Part shown: positions 40,285-51,217 of the stretch, one piece after another
How the letters are laid out: every line of letters starts with the position of its first letter
How positions within the stretch are numbered: the first letter of the stretch is position 1
Origin: an uncultured cyanobacterium
GTDB taxonomy: Bacteria; Cyanobacteriota; Cyanobacteriia; Cyanobacteriales; Nostocaceae
Length of the DNA: 64,000 nt
Direction: 5' to 3'
Assembly (NCBI GenBank): GCA_963706595.1
Contig: OY970166.1
Span: forward strand, 3,008,001 to 3,072,000
Position numbers and translations under genes: made by a program
The notes under the pieces: generated by a model
The model's input: only the letters and a program-made list of their open reading frames with translations
The model's database searches: none
Told to the model about the DNA's origin: nothing

Positions 40285-42867
40285 ATGGAACACTGGCAAT
40301 TTCTAATACAGAAACAGGGCGATCGCTCTTGGCATAACCTGGAATCGCCAAACTTAGAAATTTCGGAAGGTCGGTACAGAGTCTTGGCTCGTTGTCATCT
40401 ACGTAATACTGACGTAGAAATACGGGTAACTCACTCCTCAACCCAAGAAATTCCCCCCAAGCGGCAAACTCAGAAGCGATCGCGGCGTACTAATGCCGAA
40501 GGTTTAATGGCGGTAATTCCTTTTACCCACCTCAAACCGGGAATTTGGGAGTTGCAATGCTCTGGGGATTTGATGTCAGATTTGCTGGGTCAATCTTGGC
40601 ACTACGTTATCCGTCTACAAGTACCCTCTGAGGAATCTCCCAGAGTATGGGGACAACCGCACAGGGGGGAGAATGTCGCGTCAAATTTACCCCCTTCTCC
40701 AGATATTATTGCTGATAGCAACCTGAAATCGACCATTGCACCGTCACCTCAACCAACTGTCAAAAACGATCCAGTTCTCACCAATTTACCAACAGCAACA
40801 GACAGCACAATTATTGATCAGCCTGTTAGCCCAGCCTGGCTCGAAGGTGAAACGACTGAAGAGCTTTTACAAAATTTAATGGCTTTAGCTTTACCCATGT
40901 CTGAAACTTTGTTAGAAGATGGCAAAGTTGAGGATATTTCAGAGCCAAAACCACCGCCACCGCTATCGTTGACTTTAGATCGGGATACCCATATTGCTCA
41001 TTGGGGAGAAATTGCCGTCATTCATGGGCGAGTGGAGCGACAAAACCAGACAAATCAAAAAGGTGAACCAACAAACCCAGAAACTTTTTATGCCTTGGAA
41101 CTGGTAATTGAGATGCGATCGCCTTTAGGCTCAGAAATTTTCACCCAAGTTCGACAGCCTTTACCAAATAGCTCGTTGCCGATGACAATTAGCTCTGCAA
41201 TTGATATTCCCGTGGATTGTGAATCGAAGCTGATTTTGGCAGATATCAATTTATATGGCGCATTTACTGAATTTGGTGAAGTAGTAATATTAGCTAGTAA
41301 AACTTTTACAATTACAGCAGATGTGACAGAATTGCTAGCAATTACAGCCGCAACTAGATTTCATGAACAAAATTTATTAAATCACCCCATAACACCAGCA
41401 ACAGAGCCAGAACCATCTATTGGCATCGACTTAGGACTTTTCAACCTGGCTAAAACTGCAAAAACCGGCCATCCTCAGTTTATTCAAACTTCCCTAAACA
41501 AGTCACTACCTCCGCAATTTAACCTTAAAGAACTAGAAATAACCTCTCTACGAGACGCTACGCCAACGCTGCGACTGTCTGAGCTAAATAAATTAGCCGA
41601 TTCTCGTTTACCGCAACTACCAAGGCTACCTGAAAACCAAATAACTGCCAAAGCTGCGCTTACCGAAGGTGTAACCAGTGCTGATGTAGATATAGAATCC
41701 TCTAGAGATGAAGAGTTTGTAGAGAAAAAAGAGACTATAGCCCCGATCAATTTAGAGCAACTCGTGATTAGCCATCATCGAGTGCGGATGCTCCACAGCA
41801 CTTTTCCCTACTTGAAACGCCTGAAAGCGTTACCTGAGAAAACAGAAGAACTAAAAAACGATACATCAGATGCGTTGTCACTTGCAACTGGTGATGATTT
41901 CTCGCAGATGGATACAGCTATATCTGAACCTGAAAATATACCTGAATTAGTTATTAGTGATGCAGAGTCACAGGATGAATCAGTGGCAGAAATTTCTCTC
42001 CTACCCAATTTAGAATTAAGTCCAGAGGCTAATCTCAATTCATCAGCCCTGCTGAGAAAGTGGACACAAAGCCAAGGATATTCTTTGCCGAAATCGATTA
42101 TTGAGGTTTTAGAACAGCAAAAATTATTTGATGAACAGGTTCCAGTTTCAACTCCAACTGAGGAAATTAACTCATTATCACACCTAGAATCGGAAACGGA
42201 TATTCCAGAAAATGCTACAGAAACAGAGAATCCTACCTGTGCGGTGGAAATAGAGGAGATAGAAACATTAGAACAGGTAGAAGAACCAGATATATCAGCA
42301 GAAATCTCTGTAACCTCTCCAGATTCAGAATTAATAGCTGCGGATGATCTCGCAACACCTCCGCCTTGGTTGATCCAAGAATTTGTTGTAGAAGATACAA
42401 CTGAACCAGCGATGGATGTGATAGACAGCCATTTCTCTGAACAGCAAGAGGAACCAAGCTCAGATTTATCCCATACTCCACTCATGGAAGGGAGAATTGT
42501 TGAGCCTTTGCCAATTCCTCTATTACACGTTCCAGATGGTGAACTAATCGCTGGTACTTCTGTGAGAGTCAGGGTAGAATTGCCGACTGTATCCCCGCAA
42601 ATCGTGGTCAAGTTATGGGTGGAAGATTGCCAAACTCGCGGGCTGCTAGATGGTCTACATTTGCTGACAGACTTGCTACCTAACCATTTGGGGGGTTTAG
42701 AAGTGATGACGCAATTAAATATTCCCTTCGGTTGTTTGGAAATTAGCTTAGAGGCGATCGCTTTTAATCAAGCTACTGAACAAGAAAGTCACAAAGTCAC
42801 AGTGCTGCGGAATGTGATTCCTCCAGACTTACCGAATTTGCAGCTAGACGAATTACTGGGGATTTGA
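40285..42867 (+). CDS. large acidic conserved hypothetical protein
   Basis: 860 aa; ordered N-term (WQFLIQKQGDRSW) and C-term (VKLWVEDCQTR..LDG) with a low-complexity Glu/Pro/Ser middle. Confidence 0.8.
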   Translation: MEHWQFLIQKQGDRSWHNLESPNLEISEGRYRVLARCHLRNTDVEIRVTHSSTQEIPPKRQTQKRSRRTNAEGLMAVIPFTHLKPGIWELQCSGDLMSDLLGQSWHYVIRLQVPSEESPRVWGQPHRGENVASNLPPSPDIIADSNLKSTIAPSPQPTVKNDPVLTNLPTATDSTIIDQPVSPAWLEGETTEELLQNLMALALPMSETLLEDGKVEDISEPKPPPPLSLTLDRDTHIAHWGEIAVIHGRVERQNQTNQKGEPTNPETFYALELVIEMRSPLGSEIFTQVRQPLPNSSLPMTISSAIDIPVDCESKLILADINLYGAFTEFGEVVILASKTFTITADVTELLAITAATRFHEQNLLNHPITPATEPEPSIGIDLGLFNLAKTAKTGHPQFIQTSLNKSLPPQFNLKELEITSLRDATPTLRLSELNKLADSRLPQLPRLPENQITAKAALTEGVTSADVDIESSRDEEFVEKKETIAPINLEQLVISHHRVRMLHSTFPYLKRLKALPEKTEELKNDTSDALSLATGDDFSQMDTAISEPENIPELVISDAESQDESVAEISLLPNLELSPEANLNSSALLRKWTQSQGYSLPKSIIEVLEQQKLFDEQVPVSTPTEEINSLSHLESETDIPENATETENPTCAVEIEEIETLEQVEEPDISAEISVTSPDSELIAADDLATPPPWLIQEFVVEDTTEPAMDVIDSHFSEQQEEPSSDLSHTPLMEGRIVEPLPIPLLHVPDGELIAGTSVRVRVELPTVSPQIVVKLWVEDCQTRGLLDGLHLLTDLLPNHLGGLEVMTQLNIPFGCLEISLEAIAFNQATEQESHKVTVLRNVIPPDLPNLQLDELLGI

Positions 42868-42979
42868 ACATCTATCACTCAGGGTTGTGTTAATAATTTT
42901 GAGAATTTCAAAAATCGGGTGAATTTTGCAGTAAGCTCGTTTTCGAGGATTGTCTAATTATTCAATAGGAAAGTTAACT

Positions 42980-43090
42980 ATGGCAGCTTCATTTTTGCCT
43001 TCGATCTTGGTTCCTCTGACTGGTCTAGTTTTTCCAGCAGTGACAATGGCGTTTTTGCTGTTATACATCGAACGCGATGATATCAGCTAA
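42980..43090 (+). CDS. psaI: photosystem I subunit VIII PsaI
   Basis: hand-translated [44 protein letters not shown]; below the ORF-track cutoff. Confidence 0.92.
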   Translation: MAASFLPSILVPLTGLVFPAVTMAFLLLYIERDDIS

Positions 43091-43330
43091 TTAGTTGATA
43101 ATATCCCACGTCTTCAAGGCGTGGGATTCGCGTTTAATATCATGTCTGCTTGATTACTTATTAAAACCTCAGAACCCCACTCCGCCAAGGAAGTTAAGAC
43201 ATAAACGGATAATCAAACTTGGAGGATGTTTGAAAATTATTGTTTATTACTCAAAAATTTTAGAAACCTAACCCCCCTACCCCCCTTCCCTAGAAGGGAA
43301 TGGGGGTTTCAAAGCCTCTCTCCTTATAGG

Positions 43331-44951
43331 CTATCCATTACCCACATCTTTCTTAACATGGCTGTAAAGCAGACTGTGTGGGGATGACATAGCTTCCATG
43401 AGAGGGGATGGTTGACAAACTAGACAAAACATGAAAATGAATATATCTATATTGGGATGCGATCGTTAACCAGAAACATCAGATGGGGAGTGGGAATGGA
43501 GAAGTTTCCAGGTAGCGGCGATATCGTGTAATCGCCGTAAACCCCGCCAAATAGTTTTAACTCCCGGCTCACCATCTCCCTTGCGAGCCAGAAAGCCGCC
43601 GAGAGTGGCAATCATTCGCACCGCTTCTCGTAAAGATGGAGGTTTTTTTGGTGGGGTGGGATTTTTGTTGACAGTGGCACATAAAGATTGCCATTCATCA
43701 GTTTCTAAAACAGCATCAGAGGATAAATCAGGGTGAACTCGTGAGGAGTAAGTTAGCCATAATAAACGCCAAGCGACAACAGAATAAGTGGCTAGTGCCA
43801 TATTGATGCGGTCAGCAGTGGACAATTGTAATTGTTCAATTCTACACCCACTCTTTAGAGTGTAATGATAGCGTTCTATCAACCAACGATAGGTGTACCA
43901 TTGCACACAACGCGCGGCATCTTCTAAGTTATGAATCTCAAGGCTGGTGAGCAATAACCAACTAATAGGATTGACTCCGGGTGGTGGATGATCTTCTGAT
44001 GCCAGAATTACTTGTAACTTGACAGGTTTTAGCTGTGAACGCCCGATGTGATGTAATGGGACTTGGATATCAACACTAGTGAATCGAATTGTAAGTATCG
44101 CTTTTCTAGCACTATGTTCTGGACTGCGTTTGACCTCTGCTGTCAGTGTTCCATTGGGTTCAATTTGGCGGATTGCAAGATGTAGATATTTCGCACAATG
44201 GTCAACTTTGCGGTTGTGAGTCCCACGAATTAACAAATGGGAATTTTCTGAACGTTTGAGATTAAATAAGTCAAATATGTCTGCTTCTGAGTCACCTATT
44301 GTCACCACTTGAATCTCTGATGGGACTGAGCTTTGTGTGACTTCTAATCCATCTAACCAGCGCTGACTTTCTTTTAAAAGTGTTTCCCTTTGACGACGTT
44401 TTTTCGCTATGCCCAAATTTTCAGGTGGTCTAGCCCATACCTGCTGTTCAATAATTCCTAACGGCACTCCATTACTTGTGGCAGCAAATGTTGAATGTAC
44501 TTTCAATCCTGATGATTGACGATGGTCAAGATAACCCACACCTTTAGTTTTGGGGTGGTCTGTTAAATCTATGTTTGTTGTGTCTTGAATCGCTAAGACT
44601 ATTTGATGTTCTTTGATTCTTTCGATTGTGCTATTTATATGCCCTTGACGAATTTCACTGGCGGGAAAATATGGTGATTTCCAAAAGTTATATGCCGCTT
44701 TGGTTGCTGCCATATTTCCGCTCGCTTGTGGTACGCTGCTATCCGGCTGTGCGGCTAAGTCCTCTACTATCTTGATTAACCGCTTGTTTCGACGAAGGTC
44801 TCCTAGGTCTACCCCAGACAGTTCCTTGGCTGCCCACTTTTCCATGATTCCATTACCCGATTCTGTTCTCTCCACACTATACTTAGCAAGCTTTTTCCCT
44901 TTATATTAAGTATCTTGTTGGATTGTTAAGAAAGATGCGGGTAATGGATAG
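43331..44951 (-). mobile_element. complete IS4-family (IS50/Tn5-like) insertion sequence, 1621 bp
   Basis: 28-bp TIR with one mismatch (43331-43358 / 44924-44951); 9-bp TSD CCTTATAGG (43322-43330 / 44952-44960). Confidence 0.93.
43466..44875 (-). CDS. IS4-family transposase
   Basis: LGDLRRNKRL, IQDTT, GDSEAD, WLLLT, YTYRWLIERYHYTLKSG (YREK motif), GGFLARKGDGEPGVKTIWRG. Confidence 0.93.
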   Translation of the reverse strand: MERTESGNGIMEKWAAKELSGVDLGDLRRNKRLIKIVEDLAAQPDSSVPQASGNMAATKAAYNFWKSPYFPASEIRQGHINSTIERIKEHQIVLAIQDTTNIDLTDHPKTKGVGYLDHRQSSGLKVHSTFAATSNGVPLGIIEQQVWARPPENLGIAKKRRQRETLLKESQRWLDGLEVTQSSVPSEIQVVTIGDSEADIFDLFNLKRSENSHLLIRGTHNRKVDHCAKYLHLAIRQIEPNGTLTAEVKRSPEHSARKAILTIRFTSVDIQVPLHHIGRSQLKPVKLQVILASEDHPPPGVNPISWLLLTSLEIHNLEDAARCVQWYTYRWLIERYHYTLKSGCRIEQLQLSTADRINMALATYSVVAWRLLWLTYSSRVHPDLSSDAVLETDEWQSLCATVNKNPTPPKKPPSLREAVRMIATLGGFLARKGDGEPGVKTIWRGLRRLHDIAATWKLLHSHSPSDVSG

Positions 44952-45162
44952 CCTTATAGGGGAGAGGTTTGAAGAGAGGTTTTTAGTATACTTTACGACT
45001 TTACAAACATCCTCTTAGACACCATTCGGGTTTTAAACCACTCCCCAGAAGAAGCAGGGGAGCAGGGCGCACCGGAGTAAGGGGGAGTAAGAAATTATTT
45101 TAAACTTCCGGTTACTTAACAAGCATTCTTCTTCTCCCCTGCCCCCTGCCCCTTTTCCTCTT

Positions 45163-45205
45163 CTCCCTACTCCCCACTCCCCACTCCCCACTCCCCACTC
45201 CCCAC
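45163..45205. repeat. STRR heptamer tract (CTCCCCA)n
   Basis: about six tandem units. Confidence 0.85.
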
Positions 45206-45318
45206 CCATAACTAAAATTACAAACCGCCTGTCTCTAGGAAACAAGCGGTTTGTTAATGCTAATTTTTAAACAACTGCCCGAAAATCCAGACTAAATTGT
45301 TTTCTGATCAAACTATTC

Positions 45319-45441
45319 TTACATTGAAGAACCGACTCCAGCGTAGGCTCCATAAAAGAAAATGCCTACAACTGTAATTACACCTAAACCTGCGATTGTA
45401 GCGACAACCCACAGGGGAATTCTTCCACTTCCAGCAGACAC
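45319..45441 (-). CDS. psbJ: photosystem II protein J
   Basis: GTG start after [45 protein letters not shown]. Confidence 0.95.
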   Translation of the reverse strand: MSAGSGRIPLWVVATIAGLGVITVVGIFFYGAYAGVGSSM

Positions 45442-45512
45442 AGCTTTTCTCCTCCCTTAATAACAAATCAACGCTGATTTCATGAACAAAGATTTACAAC
45501 ACTTGCTCTGTG

Positions 45513-45632
45513 TTAGTTAAAGAAGTAACTAGAGAACAGAATTCCTAGAACAAAGACTAAAAGTAGTCCCAGGTATAGTGAAGTCCGGTTTAGTTCAACC
45601 GGTTGATTATTCGGATTAGGCGATCTATCCAT
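45513..45632 (-). CDS. psbL: photosystem II protein L
   Basis: [39 protein letters not shown]. Confidence 0.96.
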   Translation of the reverse strand: MDRSPNPNNQPVELNRTSLYLGLLLVFVLGILFSSYFFN

Positions 45633-45641
45633 AATTTCCTC

Positions 45642-45779
45642 CTAGCGTTGAATAAACTGCATGGCGGCGATCGCGCCTAAAAAGAAGACCGAAGGTACAC
45701 CCAAAGTATGAATTGCCAGCCATCTCACTGTAAAAATGGGATAGGTAATTGGCTGATTTATGTCATTTCCGCTAGTCAT
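45642..45779 (-). CDS. psbF: cytochrome b559 beta subunit
   Basis: [45 protein letters not shown]. Confidence 0.96.
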   Translation of the reverse strand: MTSGNDINQPITYPIFTVRWLAIHTLGVPSVFFLGAIAAMQFIQR

Positions 45780-45788
45780 AATTTCAAA

Positions 45789-46037
45789 CTACTTACCGAT
45801 AAATTGTTCAACTTGCTGTTTAGCGCCAAAACGATCCTTCACAATGGGCAATTCCTGCCGTGTTTGTGTGTAGTATTCGTTAGGACGGGGAGTGCCGAAA
45901 GCATCATAAGCCAATCCGGTTTGGACAAAGAGCCATCCAGCAATAAATAATGCGGGAATGGTGATGCTGTGAATTACCCAGTAACGAACGCTGGTAATAA
46001 TGTCCGAAAACGGACGTTCTCCAGTGGTACCTGACAT
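45789..46037 (-). CDS. psbE: cytochrome b559 alpha subunit
   Basis: [28 protein letters not shown]. Confidence 0.98.
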   Translation of the reverse strand: MSGTTGERPFSDIITSVRYWVIHSITIPALFIAGWLFVQTGLAYDAFGTPRPNEYYTQTRQELPIVKDRFGAKQQVEQFIGK

Positions 46038-46155
46038 TTAGATTCCTACCTTCACAAAGATTGTTATTGTCTATTATCCTACAAAGTTTAGAAAGAGTTA
46101 CAAGTTGCAACGACCTTCTCAGAAATCAGAGCGAATACTGAAGCCTATCATCCCA

Positions 46156-47184
46156 CTAAGCTGCCTCTGGTGAGGAAGTTTTAGCAATGTTTGGTTGGTA
46201 TTTTAACAAAACGCCGCGATCGCCGATCACAAATCCCTGATTAGGATTGAAGAAAACAACTTTGTACAAATTAGCCGCTACTCCCTCCACATCACGGTCT
46301 TTTTCCCAAGTTTGACCACCATCAGGGCTTAAAAGTAAATTACCGCTACCGCCACCTATCCAAAGTTCATCGGGAGTGCGATAAGCCAAATCCAATAAAC
46401 CCCAACTGGTAGCCAACTCAGGATTTTGCGCTTCTTGCCATTCTTCAGGATTATTGAGATCGCTGAACTGCACCTGACCCCCACGGGCCAGCAGCCACAA
46501 CTGCCCATTCTCAGCAAAACCCATATTTTCTAAGCGGCGAGAATTATTGCGGTTATGGGGTTCCCAGCTAGTTTGTCCTGGTTCCCAAGTAGAGTAGAAA
46601 CTACCCTTAGCCGAAACAGCAACATATTTACCATCAGGCGATCGCTCAATATTACGCACCACACCAACGGCTCCCTCTACCTGGGCTTTCCAGTTGATAC
46701 CACCGTCTTGAGTTCTATATATTGCTCCCACATCGGTAGCCATTTCCGCCGAATTTTCTCCCAAAGCATAAATAGCGATGGGACTACCGGGTAGCTTTTC
46801 GCTCAGAGCAATGCGCGACCAAGAACTACCTTCGTCAGTGGTATGCAACAGTAGAGAAGGTTCACCCAAAATCCAGCCTTCTTTGCCAGCAAAACTTACT
46901 GAGTCAAAGCGAGACTTCGGATCATCCAATTCCAACGTTAGCGGTTGCCAAGTATCACCACCATCATTGGTTTCCAAAAGAGTAGCATTGCCACCCACCA
47001 GAAAACCATGCTGAGAGTTATCAGTAAAGGCGATATCCAGCAGCTTAGAATCTGTTGGCACAGAAATTATCGCCCAAGGGTTAGAGACGGTAGAGGGAAC
47101 TTTGCTACAACCTATACACAAGAAAACTACTATCAACAAGGCAAATAATCTTTGCCAATTTTTCATAATACCCATTGAATGCAT
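46156..47184 (-). CDS. ycf48: photosystem II assembly factor Ycf48/Hcf136
   Basis: lipobox IGC; repeated T.DGG.TW beta-propeller motifs; rubA-ycf48-psbEFLJ synteny. Confidence 0.95.
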   Translation of the reverse strand: MHSMGIMKNWQRLFALLIVVFLCIGCSKVPSTVSNPWAIISVPTDSKLLDIAFTDNSQHGFLVGGNATLLETNDGGDTWQPLTLELDDPKSRFDSVSFAGKEGWILGEPSLLLHTTDEGSSWSRIALSEKLPGSPIAIYALGENSAEMATDVGAIYRTQDGGINWKAQVEGAVGVVRNIERSPDGKYVAVSAKGSFYSTWEPGQTSWEPHNRNNSRRLENMGFAENGQLWLLARGGQVQFSDLNNPEEWQEAQNPELATSWGLLDLAYRTPDELWIGGGSGNLLLSPDGGQTWEKDRDVEGVAANLYKVVFFNPNQGFVIGDRGVLLKYQPNIAKTSSPEAA

Positions 47185-47265
47185 CAGTATTTTTTACTTT
47201 TTTCTAAATTCTTGATCTGAGTGGCGATCGCCGCCCTCTAAAACTTGCTAAAAAGATAACGGGTC

Positions 47266-47613
47266 TTATTGTAAGCCGTAGAGACTGATAAAAAACAAAA
47301 ACCCCAGCGCCAAAGCCCCAAAAATCAGGAGATTTTTCTGCCCTGGTGTCATTCTGTTAACACCCAAACCATAACCAAGATTTTCTTTAAAACCCGACAC
47401 AGTACCAGCAGGTCCAATATTGGCGAAAGCAATCTTCTTCGCCGTACATACCGGACAACGCCAAGTTATGGGCAGTTCAGCAAACAGAGTTCCTGGGTCA
47501 ATATTATGGCTATCGTCTCCCTTTTCAGGTTCGTAAACATAACCACAGGCACGGCATTCAAAGCGGTCTAATGCCGGAGTTTCAACAGCTTGTTCGTTAG
47601 CTTGTTCGCTCAT
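47266..47613 (-). CDS. rubA: membrane-anchored rubredoxin RubA
   Basis: FECRACGYVY, WRCPVC, C-term TM; start MSEQ assumed. Confidence 0.93.
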   Translation of the reverse strand: MSEQANEQAVETPALDRFECRACGYVYEPEKGDDSHNIDPGTLFAELPITWRCPVCTAKKIAFANIGPAGTVSGFKENLGYGLGVNRMTPGQKNLLIFGALALGFLFFISLYGLQ

Positions 47614-47806
47614 GGCTAAATCCTCGCAGAGGAGAAATATTAAATATACGTTACAAATTATGACATAACTGTGAGACTTTTCCATCATCTGCAAAAACGA
47701 TTAATACCTGAAATCGTTCTGTTTCACAGATTTCATCAAAAGCAACCAGATATAATGTAAAAGAAAGTAACAGCCTTATTTACACCATTAGCGGTAGATA
47801 TTCATT

Positions 47807-48169
47807 GTGTTTGTCCTTAGCGGTTACGAGTACCTTCTAGGCTTCTTCATCATCTGTAGCCTAGTTCCAGCCCTTGCACTTTCAGCCTCCAAGCTCCTGC
47901 GACCCAGTGGTAACAGCCTAGAACGGCGCACTACTTATGAATCCGGCATGGAACCCATTGGCGGAGCCTGGATTCAGTTCAACATTCGCTACTATATGTT
48001 TGCCCTCGTCTTCGTCGTCTTTGACGTAGAAACCGTATTCCTGTACCCTTGGGCGGTTGCCTTCCACCGTTTGGGGCTTTTGGCATTCATTGAAGCCTTA
48101 GTTTTTATCTCAATTCTAGTAGTTGCCCTAGTCTACGCATGGCGTAAAGGAGCGTTGGAATGGTCTTAA
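47807..48169 (+). CDS. ndhC: NDH-1 subunit 3
   Basis: [30 protein letters not shown]. Confidence 0.97.
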   Translation: MFVLSGYEYLLGFFIICSLVPALALSASKLLRPSGNSLERRTTYESGMEPIGGAWIQFNIRYYMFALVFVVFDVETVFLYPWAVAFHRLGLLAFIEALVFISILVVALVYAWRKGALEWS

Positions 48170-48897
48170 ACTCAAAATTAACCACCCCAGACAAAGAGCA
48201 AATCATCAACCCGGTTGAACGTCCCGCAATCACCCAGGATTTGTCAGAAAACGTCATTCTCACCACAGTTGATGACCTTTATAACTGGGCAAGGCTTTCG
48301 AGTCTGTGGCCTTTGCTATTTGGTACAGCTTGCTGCTTCATTGAGTTTGCAGCTTTAATTGGCTCCCGGTTTGACTTTGACCGTTTCGGTCTCATTCCCC
48401 GTTCCAGCCCCCGTCAAGCCGATTTAATTATTACAGCAGGCACAATTACCATGAAGATGGCACCCCAATTGGTGCGTCTTTATGAACAAATGCCCGAACC
48501 CAAGTATGTGATCGCTATGGGTGCTTGTACAATTACTGGCGGGATGTTCAGCATGGACTCTCCCACAGCTGTACGTGGAGTTGATAAACTCATTCCTGTA
48601 GATGTTTACTTGCCTGGTTGTCCCCCTCGTCCCGAAGCGATTATTGACGCAATTATTAAATTGCGGAAAAAAATAGCTAACGATTCCATGCAGGAACGAG
48701 GACAACTGAAGCAAACCCACCGTTTCTACAGCACAACTCACAATCTCAAGCCCACAGAGCAAATTTTAACTGGTAAATATTTGCAGTCAGAAACTCGCTA
48801 CACACCACCGAAGGAATTGACAGAAGCTATTGGTTTGCCAGTTCCACCTGCGCTGCTGACAGCAAAGACACAAGAGAAGGAGCAAAACCGTGGCTGA
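48160..48897 (+). CDS. ndhK: NDH-1 subunit K
   Basis: [26 protein letters not shown]. Confidence 0.97.
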   Translation: MVLNSKLTTPDKEQIINPVERPAITQDLSENVILTTVDDLYNWARLSSLWPLLFGTACCFIEFAALIGSRFDFDRFGLIPRSSPRQADLIITAGTITMKMAPQLVRLYEQMPEPKYVIAMGACTITGGMFSMDSPTAVRGVDKLIPVDVYLPGCPPRPEAIIDAIIKLRKKIANDSMQERGQLKQTHRFYSTTHNLKPTEQILTGKYLQSETRYTPPKELTEAIGLPVPPALLTAKTQEKEQNRG

Positions 48898-49417
48898 AGA
48901 AGAATCCAAACCAGTACCAGCAGCAGAAGAGTCTCTAGTTAAAGCCGGTCAAATTTCCCAATGGTTAACGGAAAATGGTTTTGATCATGAGGCTTTGGAA
49001 CCTGATAAGCTTGGGGTAGAAATAATTAAGGTAGAGGCAGATTTTCTGCTCCCTATTTCTACAGCCCTTTATGCTTACGGGTTTAATTACCTTCAGTTTC
49101 AATCTGGTATTGACCTTGGTCCAGGTCAGGATTTAGTCAGTGTCTATCACTTAATTAAAGTTGGTGATGATGCTGTTAAACCTGAAGAAATCCGGGTGAA
49201 AGTGTTTCTACCGCGTGAAAATCCCAGTGTGCCTTCAGTTTACTGGATCTGGAAAACCGCAGACTGGCAAGAGCGCGAAACTTACGATATGTTCGGCATT
49301 GTCTATGAAGGTCATCCGAATCTGAAGCGGATTTTGATGCCGGAAGATTGGGTGGGTTGGCCTTTGCGGAAGGATTACATCTCGCCTGATTTCTACGAGT
49401 TGCAAGATGCTTATTAG
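48890..49417 (+). CDS. ndhJ: NDH-1 subunit J
   Basis: [36 protein letters not shown]. Confidence 0.97.
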   Translation: MAEEESKPVPAAEESLVKAGQISQWLTENGFDHEALEPDKLGVEIIKVEADFLLPISTALYAYGFNYLQFQSGIDLGPGQDLVSVYHLIKVGDDAVKPEEIRVKVFLPRENPSVPSVYWIWKTADWQERETYDMFGIVYEGHPNLKRILMPEDWVGWPLRKDYISPDFYELQDAY

Positions 49418-49616
49418 GTAGCGCTGATTTTCAGCAGTGAGAATTTTGTTCAACTCACCTTAGCCCCTTTCCGGTCGCGGAGAGGGGTAATGTTTTTTAA
49501 CGCAAAGGGGCGCGGAGGTTAGCGCAAAGGTACGCGGAGAATGAGGAGTTTACTGACTGGCTAGAGCTGATTAGTTCAGTTAAGTTGGCTTCGCATCCTA
49601 TGTAAGATACTATTAT

Positions 49617-49720
49617 CTATAGCCATCCTATTTGATTTATGAATTTATCGAACCGCCAAGTCGCCAAGGTCGCCAAGTGAAGAAGTAAAGAGGTTCAGAA
49701 ATAATTTAGGACTGCTATAG
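49617..49720. mobile_element. MITE-like element
   Basis: TIR CTATAGCCATCCTA / TAGGACTGCTATAG enclosing CGCCAAG repeats. Confidence 0.55.
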
Positions 49721-49746
49721 TTGTAAATTACGTTATCCCTAGTTTT

Positions 49747-50205
49747 TCACATAAAATAATTTTGAAGTTCTTTTCTTTTTTTTATTATTTCATTATCAAT
49801 AATTATACTGATCGATTTAAAAATATTTATTAAAATATCTAATTCGGAAGTTTGAATATCACTCATACTATTAATTGGTTTTAAATGTTTTTCTATATCT
49901 TCATAAATACCCCATTCTTTTAAAATAACTTCGTTAGACTCAACTTCTTTTAACCCATCAAAAATAATATTAACTATATTAGTATTATTTAGTGGGTATA
50001 TGCCACGTTTAATAGTTATTAATTTAACAAAACCATCAGTAATGTTAGTTTTAATTTTAATTAAAGTTAAAATATCAGATTCCAAAAACTTTATAGATAA
50101 AGTTTGATTTTTTATTTTTATATTTGTACGCCAATTTACCATACTTAAAATCAATGAAAATAAAGAAATAATTACTGTAATTAAACTTTTGAAATCGAAA
50201 TCCAT
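49747..50205 (-). CDS. very AT-rich hypothetical protein with N-terminal TM helix
   Basis: 152-aa ORF in visibly extreme AT-rich DNA; LITVIISLFSLILSMV is hydrophobic. Confidence 0.55.
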   Translation of the reverse strand: MDFDFKSLITVIISLFSLILSMVNWRTNIKIKNQTLSIKFLESDILTLIKIKTNITDGFVKLITIKRGIYPLNNTNIVNIIFDGLKEVESNEVILKEWGIYEDIEKHLKPINSMSDIQTSELDILINIFKSISIIIDNEIIKKRKELQNYFM

Positions 50206-50419
50206 AATAATTATTTTTAAATTTAAAGACTATTGAATCTTATAATATTAGGTTCTTGCGTCTCTTTTATGCTGATTGAGGATTGATTATAACAAAACCC
50301 TTATGGGGCAAGGGTTATAAAGAATCATGGCATGATTTTGAATGAAATGCCCACGGAATAAGGATTTTAACGATTTTGAAGATGGTTTTCCATAAAAAGT
50401 ACCGAAGAACCGCAAATAT

Positions 50420-50821
50420 TTATATTTCTGCTGAAACGTTGCACAACCCAAGATGTTCCACAAATGGTAAAAAATCTTTGTCACTGAATAAAAGTGAGTT
50501 TTGGGTTTCGATACAGAAAGTTGCGATAATAACATCAGCCGTCTTCCGAATCGTGATACCACGCTTTCTGAGAAACCTATAGTTATCAACACTTTTGAGA
50601 GCAAAATTAACACCCAACATTTCAAAAATTGTCAGAGAAGTTAACAATTTATTTGCTGTTCTATAATCGGTATCTGAGCGAAATCCTTGTAAAACTTCAG
50701 TCAAAATCAGGTCGCCAATTGCAAGCGGTTCTACTCCCAGAAGACCATCTAGTTTATTTGTTTCTGGAGTTTCCCTGCCATTGAAATAGTCTATCCACAC
50801 GCTTGAATCTACAAGAATCAT
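50420..50821 (-). CDS. vapC: VapC PIN-domain toxin
   Basis: MILVDSSVWID, EVLQG, TADVIIA, SDKDF. Confidence 0.9.
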   Translation of the reverse strand: MILVDSSVWIDYFNGRETPETNKLDGLLGVEPLAIGDLILTEVLQGFRSDTDYRTANKLLTSLTIFEMLGVNFALKSVDNYRFLRKRGITIRKTADVIIATFCIETQNSLLFSDKDFLPFVEHLGLCNVSAEI

Positions 50822-51012
50822 TGATTTGTTCTTATTTCTTCAAGGTCGCCTTCCCATTTTAGATTGCCTCTATAAGTTTTAATTGTTTCTTGTTGTTTTA
50901 GTTTAATCAGTGTTTTCAGCCCAAGTTCTATCACTTCTCTTTGAGTTTTAATTCCAGTTGCTTTAATAGCATCATCTATAAGTTTTTCATCAATAACAAT
51001 GTTGTTAATCAT
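50818..51012 (-). CDS. vapB: VapB-family antitoxin
   Basis: NIVIDEKLIDDA...TQREVIELGL...WEGDLEEIR; ATGA overlap with vapC. Confidence 0.85.
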   Translation of the reverse strand: MINNIVIDEKLIDDAIKATGIKTQREVIELGLKTLIKLKQQETIKTYRGNLKWEGDLEEIRTNQ

Positions 51013-51217
51013 GACAGGGTTATATGGATACTCTGGATAGGATATTTTGGTAATCAATTAAACTTGACTTGAGGCGATTTGCAAGTGTGAATTAGCCTTT
51101 AATTGAATGTTAAAGCGTATTCGTTGAGGTTGTCAACTAACTTATGAAAACACTTGTACTCATTTTGGTATAAAGTGTGAATCTTGATTTAGTATTTATG
51201 TACTATAGCAATTATAA

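Larger units (their letters stand above)
43222..45014. mobile_element. 163-bp MITE (TIR GAGGATGTTTG) interrupted by IS4 element
   Basis: GAGGATGTTTGAAAA (43222-43236) / TTTACAAACATCCTC (45000-45014), flanked by TTG/TTA. Confidence 0.7.

Noticed and set aside
41808..42611. 267-aa antisense ORF, and similar shadow ORFs over ftsZ, ftsH and ROK
   Set aside because: Antisense shadows of real genes with no recognisable motifs
45033..45245. 70-aa ORF with GEWGVG repeats (also 55907-56131)
   Set aside because: Translation of STRR repeats, not a credible protein
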